This document shows positions 1-8,010 of a stretch of DNA of 16,274 bases, piece by piece. The stretch covers positions 1 through 16,274 of the forward strand of contig JBQTJP010000293.1 of NCBI GenBank assembly GCA_052386995.1, written 5' to 3'. The notes under the pieces were generated by a model that ran no database searches, was not told the origin of the DNA, and saw only the letters and a list, made by a program, of their open reading frames with translations. A program made the position numbers and the translations under genes. Origin of the DNA: Armatimonadota bacterium. GTDB lineage: Bacteria; Sysuimicrobiota; Sysuimicrobiia; Sysuimicrobiales; Humicultoraceae. Numbering within the stretch: position 1 is the stretch's first letter; every line of letters starts with the position of its first letter.

Positions 1-11
1 AGAATTTTCAT
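1..11 (-). CDS. 5' end (M-K-I-...) of a further gene running off the window; by context possibly the substrate-binding protein of the Liv-type transporter
   Basis: Minus strand reads AAGGAGG (27..21), 9 nt spacer, then ATG AAA ATT CT (ATG at 11..9), just after the livH-type stop. Product is inferred from context only. Confidence 0.6.
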
Positions 12-52
12 CTCGTTTTCCCTCCTTGGTGCGATGTGTCGTTCCCTGTCTC

Positions 53-928
53 CTAGACCCTTCGGTGGTACTCACGGCCGAGCAGTCCTTCAGGCCGGAC
101 CATCAGCACGAGGATGATCACGGCGAATGCCAGGGTCGTCTTGAACTTGAACGAGACGTACCCTGCGAAGACACTTTCGGCAACACCCAGCAGGAATCCC
201 CCAAGGACGGCGCCCGGGAGGCTGTCCATCCCCCCCAGGACCGCCCCGGCAAACCCCTTGAGAAAGGGATCGAGCATCATGAACGGGTCGAGGTAGACGA
301 CCGGCGCGAGCAGCACCCCGGCGGCGCCGCCCAGGGCGGACGCCAGCGCCCAGGTGAGCGCGTAAATGCGCCGGGCCGGGATGCCCAGCACCTGGGCCGC
401 GGCAGGGTTCTGGGCCACGGCGCGCATGGCCAGGCCCACCTTGGTGCGCTGCACCAGCAGGTACATCAGCCCCATCAGCACGACGCCCGAGGCGATCGTG
501 CCCAGGTTCATCTCGCTGACGACGACCTCCCCGATCCGGTAGACGCGCGTATCTGAGAGCGGAAACGGAAATGTCTGCGTGTCGTTCCCCCAGACGATCT
601 GCATCACGCCGGAGAGCAGCAGCGCAAAGCCGAGCGTGATCACGATCCGGCCGAGCAGCGTGCTCTCGCGCGCGGGGCGGAGGACGGCGAAGAAGAAGAC
701 CGCGCCGAGGGCCGCCACGGCGGCGAGGCTGGCGGCGATGGCGATCGGAAAGGGCAGCGCGCGCGTGAGCAGCGTGAACGCGACGAACGTCCCCAGCGTC
801 GCCATATCGCCGTGCGCGAAGTTCAAGACCCGCGAGCTGCGGTACAGGAGGACGATGCCCAGAGCTACGAGCGCGTACAGGCTGCCCGCCGCCAGACCAC
901 CGACGCCGTATTGCAATAATTGGGTCAC
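53..928 (-). CDS. livH: Branched-chain amino acid-type (HAAT) ABC transporter permease, LivH family, about 291 aa
   Basis: Motifs GSLYALVALGIVLLY..SRVLNFAHG, RTKVGLAMRAVAQNPAAAQVLGI, LGGMDSLPGA, RPEGLLG. Start placed at GTG 928, which overlaps the upstream TGA as GTGA (925-928); ATG 937 is an alternative. The extension to 1039 overlaps livM and is unlikely to be real. Confidence 0.9.
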   Translation of the reverse strand: MTQLLQYGVGGLAAGSLYALVALGIVLLYRSSRVLNFAHGDMATLGTFVAFTLLTRALPFPIAIAASLAAVAALGAVFFFAVLRPARESTLLGRIVITLGFALLLSGVMQIVWGNDTQTFPFPLSDTRVYRIGEVVVSEMNLGTIASGVVLMGLMYLLVQRTKVGLAMRAVAQNPAAAQVLGIPARRIYALTWALASALGGAAGVLLAPVVYLDPFMMLDPFLKGFAGAVLGGMDSLPGAVLGGFLLGVAESVFAGYVSFKFKTTLAFAVIILVLMVRPEGLLGREYHRRV

Positions 929-1923
929 AGCGGCCATGCTTTCAGGTAGCGCTTGACCCGCAGCCACCGTCCGAAGATGCCCAGCGGTTCGGCGACCATC
1001 ATCAGGATGATGACGCCGCCGTAGATGACCGGTAGCCACAGCTTGAGCCCGCTCAGGTAGTGGGGAAGAAGCGTCAGCAAGATCCCTCCGATGATAGCGC
1101 CCGAGACCGTCCCGAGCCCGCCGATGACGATCATGGCAAAGTATGTGATCGAATCGAGAAAGGTGAACGCTTGCGGCTCGAGGTGGCGCAGCGCCTGGGC
1201 CACGATGGCGCCGGCGACACCCGCGTAGGCCGCACTGACCGCAAACGATAGCGTCTTGTACCAGGTCAGATTGACCCCAGTGACCTCGGCGGCGATGTCG
1301 CTATCGCGGATGGCGACAAAGGCTCTCCCAATGTGTGACCGGGCGAGGTTATAGGCGACCCACGCGAGGATCACGGCCGAAGCGACCGCGACATAGTACA
1401 ACTGCTGCGTGGCGGTCAGCCCTCCGATGCCGAGCGAGAGCTGCGGGACCGGCAGGCCCATGCGCCCGCCCGACAGGCCCGTCCAGTTCGTCAGAACCTG
1501 ATAGATGGCGATGCCGAAACCCAACGTGGCAATCGTCAGGTAGGGTCCGGTCAGGCGCAGCGCCGGCACGCCAACCAGGAACCCGAAGCCCGCGCTGATT
1601 GCGGCGGCCGCAATCCAGGCTAGGTACCAGGGCAGCCCCAGCCGGGCGGCGAGGAGGGCGGAGGCATAAGCGCCGATGGCCACAAAGCCCGCGTGACCCA
1701 GTGAGATCAACCCAGTATAGCCGACGAGCAGGTTCAGGCCGATCGCTACGATGACGTTTGCGGCCGCCAGCACGATGATGAAAAGCAGATAGCCACGTCC
1801 GACCAGCGGCAGCAGGAAGGGCAGGGCCGCGAGCCCCGCAAGCAGGATGGCGAGTGCGGCCCACCCCGCAGCGCCCTTGACGAGGTAGAGATCGTCTTCG
1901 TACCGTTCAAGGAGGTCCGTCAT
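925..1923 (-). CDS. livM: HAAT ABC transporter permease, LivM family, 332 aa
   Basis: Motifs GLNLLVGYTGLISLGHAGFVAIGAY, LRLTGPYLTIATLGFG, SHIGRAFVAIRDSDIAAEVTGVN, IGGLGTVSGAIIG; strongly hydrophobic. Start overlaps the upstream stop as ATGA (1920-1923). Confidence 0.92.
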   Translation of the reverse strand: MTDLLERYEDDLYLVKGAAGWAALAILLAGLAALPFLLPLVGRGYLLFIIVLAAANVIVAIGLNLLVGYTGLISLGHAGFVAIGAYASALLAARLGLPWYLAWIAAAAISAGFGFLVGVPALRLTGPYLTIATLGFGIAIYQVLTNWTGLSGGRMGLPVPQLSLGIGGLTATQQLYYVAVASAVILAWVAYNLARSHIGRAFVAIRDSDIAAEVTGVNLTWYKTLSFAVSAAYAGVAGAIVAQALRHLEPQAFTFLDSITYFAMIVIGGLGTVSGAIIGGILLTLLPHYLSGLKLWLPVIYGGVIILMMVAEPLGIFGRWLRVKRYLKAWPL

Positions 1924-2363
1924 TCCGCAGCCTGCCGACGCACGAGGACCTTCGGACTGGAGACGGCCACGGTCTCGTTGCGCTGGTTCTTGACGTCCAG
2001 CAGAAGCGTCACGAGGCCGCGGTCGCCGCCCCTGGGCTCCCTCCGGGTGATCTCGATCTCGATGTGGATGGTATCGCCGATGAACACCGGTCGAGTGAAT
2101 CGCAGCTTGTCGATCCCGTAGAAGGCGAGGATGGTTTCGGGCGGGAGAGGGAGCAGGCCGGTCGCGACGCTGAGGACCAGCATCCCGTGCGCGATGCGCG
2201 CTCCGTACGCGGTCCGGGCCGCATAGGCCTCATCGGTGTGCAGCGGAAACCAGTCCCCGCTGAGCCCTGCAAACTGCACGATGTCCGCTTCGGTGATCGT
2301 CCGGCCCCTCGAGACCCACCGCGCGCCGGTCTGGAGCTCGTCAAAGGGCGTCGCAAGGAGCAT
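1920..2363 (-). CDS. MaoC/PaaZ C-terminal-like hot-dog fold dehydratase (R-specific enoyl-CoA hydratase family), 147 aa
   Basis: RTITEADIVQFAGLSGDWFPLHTD (hydratase D-x4-H motif), RIAHGML, LRFTRPVFIGDTI, NQRNETV. Confidence 0.88.
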   Translation of the reverse strand: MLLATPFDELQTGARWVSRGRTITEADIVQFAGLSGDWFPLHTDEAYAARTAYGARIAHGMLVLSVATGLLPLPPETILAFYGIDKLRFTRPVFIGDTIHIEIEITRREPRGGDRGLVTLLLDVKNQRNETVAVSSPKVLVRRQAAE

Positions 2364-2495
2364 CGTACTTTGCTTCGGTGTCTCACTATCCCTCCCTCCA
2401 GGTGCTGAACGGCTGCCGAAGCCGTGCTCGCGGGCCTCACCGTAGAACGCCGGTCCAGGTGGCGACCCCTGAGGTCGATGATCAGCGAAACCCGG

Positions 2496-3359
2496 CTAGG
2501 GGCGCCACAGCAGCTTGGGATCCAACAGGTCTCGCAGCGCGTCGCCCAGCAGATTCAACCCAAAGATGAAAAGCACGATCGCTCCTCCGGGCGCCAGCAG
2601 CAGCCACGACGCGGTCGCCAGGTAGGTGCGCGTCGTCGCCAGCATGTTTCCCCACTCAGCGGCCGGCGGCTGTACGCCCAGGCCCAGGAAGCCAAGCGCC
2701 GTTACCGTCAGCATCGCGTGGCTTCCCATCAGCGTCGTATAGACGATCACCCGCCCGCCGATGTTGGGCCCGATGTACCTCCGGATCAGACGGATCGGTC
2801 CTGCGCCGATCGCGCGTGCGGCCTCGACATACTCCGCGCCTACGGTGGTCAGGACCAGGCTCCGGATCAATCGCGCCAGCGCCGGCGCGGTGGTGAGGCC
2901 GACTGCCACGATCACGCTCTGGAGCCCCGCGCCAAAAAGGCTCACCAGCACGACGGCCAGGACGAGCGATGGAAGCGTCAGCGCAGTATCTGAGATGCCG
3001 ATCAGTACTCGATCGGTGCGTCCCCCCACAAAGCCCGCGATCAGGCCGACCGGCACCGCGATCGCGACCGACAGCCCGATGCCCAGTGTTACGATCGTCA
3101 GGTCGGCGCGCGCGGCCACGATCACGCGGCTGGCCAGGTCCCGCCCCAGGTCGTCCGTGCCAAGCCAGTGCGTCGCCGAGGGGGGCTGCAGGACCGCCAG
3201 CAAGTCCTGCGCGGTCGGGTCGTACGGCGCAATCCACGGCGCGAAGATCCCCAACAGGATGAACCCCCCGACCAGCCCCAAACCGACCGCAATAGCGGGC
3301 ACGCGGAGCAGCCGGTCCGCGCGCCTACGCGTAGCGGATCCGAGGATCGAAGGACGCAT
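2496..3359 (-). CDS. Peptide/nickel ABC transporter permease, DppC/OppC family, 287 aa
   Basis: PWIAPYDP, HWLGTDDLGRD, EYVEAARAIGA (EAA loop), LGFLGLGVQPPAAEWG, NLLGDALRDLLDP. The start overlaps the upstream permease by 35 bp. Confidence 0.92.
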   Translation of the reverse strand: MRPSILGSATRRRADRLLRVPAIAVGLGLVGGFILLGIFAPWIAPYDPTAQDLLAVLQPPSATHWLGTDDLGRDLASRVIVAARADLTIVTLGIGLSVAIAVPVGLIAGFVGGRTDRVLIGISDTALTLPSLVLAVVLVSLFGAGLQSVIVAVGLTTAPALARLIRSLVLTTVGAEYVEAARAIGAGPIRLIRRYIGPNIGGRVIVYTTLMGSHAMLTVTALGFLGLGVQPPAAEWGNMLATTRTYLATASWLLLAPGGAIVLFIFGLNLLGDALRDLLDPKLLWRP

Positions 3360-4245
3360 ACGAGAGGTCCACGATCAAGGTGATCAGCAGAAAGCCAGCG
3401 ACGTAGAAGAGCGTGATTCCCTGCACCAGGGAATAGTCACGCAGCGACACCGCGGTGATCATGGCCTGACCCAATCCCTGGTACGCAAACAACGTTTCCA
3501 CGACGATGGACCCGCCCAGCAGGTACCCGGCCTGCAATCCGATCATCGTGAGGATCGGGACCAGGGCCGGGCGCAGGGCGTGGCGGTACAGGACGGTACG
3601 GGCGGTCAGCCCCTTCGCACGCGCGGTGCGCACGAAGTCCTCGCTGAGCACCTCAATGACGCTGGCCCGCGTGGTGCGGCTCACCAGTGCCACCAGCCGT
3701 GCGGCCACGGCCAGCGTCGGCATCACGAGGAAGGGAAGCCCGCCCGTTCCGGCTGCGGGAAGCCAGCGCCATCTGACCGCCAGGTACTGCATCAGGATCA
3801 TCCCGACGAGAAAATTCGGAACCGACAAAGCCAGGATCGAGGCGCCCATCACCGCCTGCGCGAGCGCGCCGTGCGGGCGAACTGCTGACACCACGCCGCC
3901 GGGGATCGCCAGTACGATCGTCAGCGCCAGGCTCGCCGTCAAGAGCACCAGCGATGGGCCGAGCCGGGTGCGCAGGATGTGTGTGACCGGCCGCTTCAGA
4001 CTCAGTGAGGTCCCGAGATCACCTCGTGAGAGCCCGCGGAGGAACACCATGTACTGGACCCACAGCGGCCGGTCGAGCCCCAGGTCTTGCCTGATGGCCT
4101 CCACCTGAGCCTGGGTCGCGCTCGGTCCGGCGATGACTAGCGCGGGGTCGCCGGGAACCCAGCGAAAGACAAGGAAGATGAGCGTGACGACGCCCAACGT
4201 CTGCGGGACAAGCAGCAGCAGGCGGCGCAGCGCATATAGACCCAT
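3325..4245 (-). CDS. Peptide/nickel ABC transporter permease, DppB/OppB family, 306 aa
   Basis: PGDPA, LGLDRPLWVQY, GDLGTS, EDFVRTARAKGL, GSIVVETLF, DLSYASFDPRIRY. Confidence 0.94.
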   Translation of the reverse strand: MGLYALRRLLLLVPQTLGVVTLIFLVFRWVPGDPALVIAGPSATQAQVEAIRQDLGLDRPLWVQYMVFLRGLSRGDLGTSLSLKRPVTHILRTRLGPSLVLLTASLALTIVLAIPGGVVSAVRPHGALAQAVMGASILALSVPNFLVGMILMQYLAVRWRWLPAAGTGGLPFLVMPTLAVAARLVALVSRTTRASVIEVLSEDFVRTARAKGLTARTVLYRHALRPALVPILTMIGLQAGYLLGGSIVVETLFAYQGLGQAMITAVSLRDYSLVQGITLFYVAGFLLITLIVDLSYASFDPRIRYA

Positions 4246-4259
4246 CCCCGCGGGACGTG

Positions 4260-4286
4260 GCGGGGGAGAGCCGGGCCCTCCCCCGC
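4260..4286 (-). other. GC-rich stem-loop between the binding-protein gene and the first permease; probable mRNA-stabilising or partial-termination hairpin
   Basis: GCGGGGGAG (4260-4268) pairs perfectly with CTCCCCCGC (4278-4286), extendable inward with a G.U pair on the minus-strand transcript. No U-tract follows. Confidence 0.6.
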
Positions 4287-4298
4287 GTTACGCGTCGC

Positions 4299-5882
4299 CT
4301 AGGGTCTGGCGTTGCGCAGGATCGTGAAGATCACCGGCAGGACCTCGACGTTCTTGATCTCCTTGCGCTTGGCTACGATCACATTCTCCGCATACAACCA
4401 CACATACGGCGCATCGTTCCAGATGATCCGGGCCGCCTGGGCGAGCAACTCGTTCCGCCTCGCTTGATCAACCGTCACGTCAGCTTGGTTGAGTAACTCG
4501 TCGACCCTCGGGTTCACGTACCAGGTAAAGTTCCACACCTTGGGCGGCCCCGTGCGATTCGGGTTGCTCTCGAAGAGGGACGTCAGGTGGTATGCACCGT
4601 CGCCGTTGGACGGATTGAACCCGAAGAGCACCATATCCCACTGGATGCGATCCGGCGGCACTCTAACCATGTCGAAGAAGGCGGCGGGCTCTACCCGGTT
4701 GATGGTCGCGCGCACGCCGATCGCGCGCAGGAAGTTCTGGAACGCCTGCGTGACCTCAATATCCTTCGGCAGCATGCTGATCGGGGTCAGCAGCGTGATC
4801 TCGAACGCCTGCCCGTCCTTACGCAGGACCCCGTCGGCGCCTGGGCGCCAGCCGGCTTCGGTCATGAGCGCCTTCGCCCGGTCCAGGTCGTATTCCCACC
4901 TGCTTACCGGCGTGTAGCCCGCGGTGAACGGCGAAAGCGGCGAATCGATGGGGGTCGCGTAATCCTTGAAGATCGCCTTGATGATGGGGCCACGGTTGAC
5001 CGCGAAGTTGAATGCGTGACGGACCCGAACGTCCTGGAAGAACCGCCGGTTCAGGTTGAACGCAAACCCGAAGGTTCGCAGCGCCGGCCGGGAGATGACC
5101 TCAATGTTGGGGTTCCCCTGCAGCTGCGCCACGTTCTCCGGCGGGATCAGGTTGATGACGTCAGCCTGCCCAGATTGCAGCAGGGCGATGCGTGTCGTGG
5201 GATCGGGAACGTGCCGCAGGATGACGCGGCCGTACGCGGGACGGCCTCCCCAGTAGTTGTCGTTACGTCGCAGCACCAGCTCGGTGCCGGTGTCGAGTCG
5301 CTCCACGATGTAAGGCCCCGTGCCGACGGGCGCGCGCGCGAAACCATCCCCCAGTCGCCTCACGGCGGACGGGCTCACCACGCCGCCCGATCCGTGGGCC
5401 AGGGTCGAGAGCAGCGCGCCGTAGGGCTTTTGCGTGGAGACGGCGATGGTGAAATCGTCCACCTTACGCACGCCCGAGATCGGGTCCCACAGAGGCCGGT
5501 TCGCGCGGTTTGTCGTGGTATCGATCTGCCGCTGAACATGAAATACGGCTGCGTCGGCGTCGAACGGCGTGCCGTCGTGGAAGGTGACTCCGCGGCGAAG
5601 TTTGAACGTCCAAGTAAGCGCGTCCCGCGAGGTCGACCACTCAGTGGCGAGCTGCGGAACGATCTGCATCTTGTCATTGAAGGCCACCAGGTTGTCGTAG
5701 ACCAGGAACATCGCCTCGTAGCCGGCTGGATAGACGGTGCCGATGGTCGAGCCCGCCGTGTCCATTGCCGTCACGGCGACGTTCTGCGCGTAGACCAGCG
5801 GCCGGTCGGCCTGCGCTCCTACGGAGAGCGGCAGCAGGAAGACTGCCGCGACGACGAGCGCGAGTGCTCTGCGTGTGCTCAT
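4299..5882 (-). CDS. ABC transporter substrate-binding protein, family 5 (DppA/GsiB-like), 527 aa, Sec signal peptide
   Basis: Signal MSTRRALALVVAAVFLLPLSVGA; family-5 signature PQLATEWS..TWTFKLRRGVTFHDGTPFDADAA; PVGTGPY; DVRVRHAFNFAVNR. Purine-rich RBS upstream. No lipobox Cys. Confidence 0.93.
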   Translation of the reverse strand: MSTRRALALVVAAVFLLPLSVGAQADRPLVYAQNVAVTAMDTAGSTIGTVYPAGYEAMFLVYDNLVAFNDKMQIVPQLATEWSTSRDALTWTFKLRRGVTFHDGTPFDADAAVFHVQRQIDTTTNRANRPLWDPISGVRKVDDFTIAVSTQKPYGALLSTLAHGSGGVVSPSAVRRLGDGFARAPVGTGPYIVERLDTGTELVLRRNDNYWGGRPAYGRVILRHVPDPTTRIALLQSGQADVINLIPPENVAQLQGNPNIEVISRPALRTFGFAFNLNRRFFQDVRVRHAFNFAVNRGPIIKAIFKDYATPIDSPLSPFTAGYTPVSRWEYDLDRAKALMTEAGWRPGADGVLRKDGQAFEITLLTPISMLPKDIEVTQAFQNFLRAIGVRATINRVEPAAFFDMVRVPPDRIQWDMVLFGFNPSNGDGAYHLTSLFESNPNRTGPPKVWNFTWYVNPRVDELLNQADVTVDQARRNELLAQAARIIWNDAPYVWLYAENVIVAKRKEIKNVEVLPVIFTILRNARP

Positions 5883-5903
5883 CCCCTTTCCCCCCTTTGC
5901 GCA

Positions 5904-6950
5904 TCATCTTGCCTGAGACCGTACGTGAATGTGCTCAGCGAGAGCCTGGCTGTGGGCGAACAGCGCTGGCTGGCCACCCGTGTGGATGAAGACGACAGTC
6001 GCGCCACGCGGGACGATGCCCCGCTTGATGTGGTCGAGCAGGCCCGCGGCGGCCTTGCCGGTGTAGACGGGGTCCAGCACGAGGCCCTCGCGCCGCGCGA
6101 AGGTCAGTATCGCATCCATGCCATCGGGCGTCGGAATTCCGTAGCCGGGGCCAATGTAGCCGATTGAGGCGTCGACCTCCTCCTGAGTAACGCGGACCGG
6201 CAGTCCGAGCAGCGCGGCGGTGTCGTTGGCGGTCTGCGCGGCGTACTGCCAGGGATCTTCGTTGCTGGTCGACGCGACGCCCACGACACGCACCGGCAGA
6301 CCCAACACCTTCTTCGTCAGCGCGAGCCCGGCGAGGCCCTTGCCTCCAGAAGACAGGTAGATGTGTTCGGGACGGCGATCGTGCTGTTCCAGCAGCTCGA
6401 GGATCTCCAGGAGGTTCTCCACCGTCGCGAGGGCCGCGGCCCGCGCAAACATTGTCCCATGGTTGAGACTAAACGGTCGGTGACCCTTCGCGCGCAACTC
6501 CGTGACCACGTTCTGCACCACCCGCTCGAGATCATGGTAGGTCGGCAGATTGATGATGCGCACCTCGGCACCCAAGATCAGGTCGCAGAGGAGGTTCCCC
6601 TGTACCGCCTCGTCGGGTGTCCCTCGCAGGACCAGCACCAGGGGCAGACCGAGCATGTTGGCGGCAGCCGTCGTCTGGCGGGCCGAGTTCGAGGTCGCCT
6701 CGACGCCGAAGACCAGAATGTCCGCGCTGCTCGCGATCGCCTCGGCCATCCGCCACTCGAGGTTGCGCATCTTGTTGCCGCCAAACGCGGGACCGGTCAG
6801 GTCATCACGCTTCACCCAGAGGTCGATGCCAAGGTCGCGTGAGAGGTTTGGGCAGTGCTGAATCGGCGTGGGGAGGAACGCCAGACGTACCCGCGGGATA
6901 GCCGCAATGCGGCTGCGCAGATCGGCCGCGCTGAATACTATCGTCTCCAA
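5904..6950 (-). CDS. PLP-dependent D-cysteine desulfhydrase / ACC deaminase family enzyme (DcyD-like branch), 348 aa
   Basis: LPTPI, LWVKRDDLTG, GGNK (K60, codon 6773..6771, the PLP lysine), GNLL.D.ILGA, GPGYG, EGLVLDPVYTGKA, VFIHTGG. TTG start preceded by AGGAGG. YTGK/HTGG rather than YEGK/HLGG argues against a true ACC deaminase. Confidence 0.88.
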   Translation of the reverse strand: METIVFSAADLRSRIAAIPRVRLAFLPTPIQHCPNLSRDLGIDLWVKRDDLTGPAFGGNKMRNLEWRMAEAIASSADILVFGVEATSNSARQTTAAANMLGLPLVLVLRGTPDEAVQGNLLCDLILGAEVRIINLPTYHDLERVVQNVVTELRAKGHRPFSLNHGTMFARAAALATVENLLEILELLEQHDRRPEHIYLSSGGKGLAGLALTKKVLGLPVRVVGVASTSNEDPWQYAAQTANDTAALLGLPVRVTQEEVDASIGYIGPGYGIPTPDGMDAILTFARREGLVLDPVYTGKAAAGLLDHIKRGIVPRGATVVFIHTGGQPALFAHSQALAEHIHVRSQAR

Positions 6951-6963
6951 GCTTATCGCCCTC

Positions 6964-8010
6964 CTACACCGCCAGCCACGGATAGCGCTGTTCCTTGTAC
7001 AGCCGGCCGAAGTCGATTCCGCTCCTCACCATGAAGCCCATCAGAGCCACGAAGTCGCCATGAATCTCGACCGGGACGGCGTCTGTGCCGGGGTCGAGCA
7101 GGCCCGGGCCGTTGTTGTTGGCCTCCGCATGCGCGCACCACTCGTGCGCGCGCCGATCGATCTCGCGTGAGTGCAGCACCTCGGCGCGATCCAGCAGCAG
7201 CGCCAGCGCGGCCTCAACCCCGTAGGCTCCCCAGTTTGAGATGGCCGTCAGGATCAGGTGGTCGGGAACGAATGCGGGCACGACGGACCCGCCGCACGGG
7301 CACTGACACATCGCGGCATAGGGGACGGAGGCGATCACGGTGTCACGGATGACCGCGCAACCCAGCTCGTTGCCGCCGTCGCCGATGCCAGCGGTGTAGA
7401 TGCCCTGGCCCTTGCCCCTCTCGAACAGCGTGTCCACCTTGGCGCAATGATCCGTCAGCCGGAACCCTTTGGCGCCGTGGTAGTGTCCGTGTTCGTTTGC
7501 GCCTGGCCGCTCAATGGCGATCATCGCCGCAGGCTTTGCCCGATCCAGCAGGCGGTCGGCCGCGCGTCGGGCCTCGTTCCAATCCGTCGGAAACGGCACG
7601 ATCGCCGCGGTTGTCGGCAGCTTGAGCGACTCGTCGAGCCCGCGGGCGTATAGGCCGGCGCCCCGGACGGCGGCGCGGCACATCTCGACATGGATCGCCT
7701 CGGTCACGATGACAGGCCGCGCGGCCAGACCGAGCACCAGCGCCCGGGCCAGGGTCGCCGCGCCCACGGGGCCGTCCTGCTCGCCGGAAAACCACGGATA
7801 GGTCGGGAGCCCTGTGGCAATGACGACGACATCGCCGGGCCGCACTCGTTCAGCCAGGTTCCGCGCAACAGCCAGACAGAGCGGCGCATCGTGGACGGCG
7901 CGCGCCGCGGCATAGAGGTCGCCTACAACGCCGCGGCCGGTGACCTCGATCGTGCACAGACGGTCGATCGCCTCGCCGACCTTCCGGAGCTTGTCGTCAC
8001 TTCCTATCAT
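6964..8010 (-). CDS. DUF4392 / D-glutamate cyclase-like C-terminal domain protein, about 348 aa
   Basis: Motifs ATG..EQDGPVGA, AIERPG, GIGDGGNELG, CQCPCG, SNWGAYG. Start placed at ATG 8010 behind GAGGG, overlapping the regulator stop by 14 bp. The extension to 8418 lies inside gntR and reads as non-coding. Confidence 0.78.
   Translation of the reverse strand: MIGSDDKLRKVGEAIDRLCTIEVTGRGVVGDLYAAARAVHDAPLCLAVARNLAERVRPGDVVVIATGLPTYPWFSGEQDGPVGAATLARALVLGLAARPVIVTEAIHVEMCRAAVRGAGLYARGLDESLKLPTTAAIVPFPTDWNEARRAADRLLDRAKPAAMIAIERPGANEHGHYHGAKGFRLTDHCAKVDTLFERGKGQGIYTAGIGDGGNELGCAVIRDTVIASVPYAAMCQCPCGGSVVPAFVPDHLILTAISNWGAYGVEAALALLLDRAEVLHSREIDRRAHEWCAHAEANNNGPGLLDPGTDAVPVEIHGDFVALMGFMVRSGIDFGRLYKEQRYPWLAV

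Noticed and set aside
2761..6167. Long plus-strand ORFs (2761..3888, 4587..6167 and smaller ones) opposite the ABC genes
   Set aside because: Antisense shadows rich in Arg/Ala/Pro or His/Gln, with no domains.
5904..6950. Call as ACC deaminase (acdS)
   Set aside because: Has YTGK and HTGG in place of the diagnostic Glu (YEGK) and Leu (HLGG) residues.
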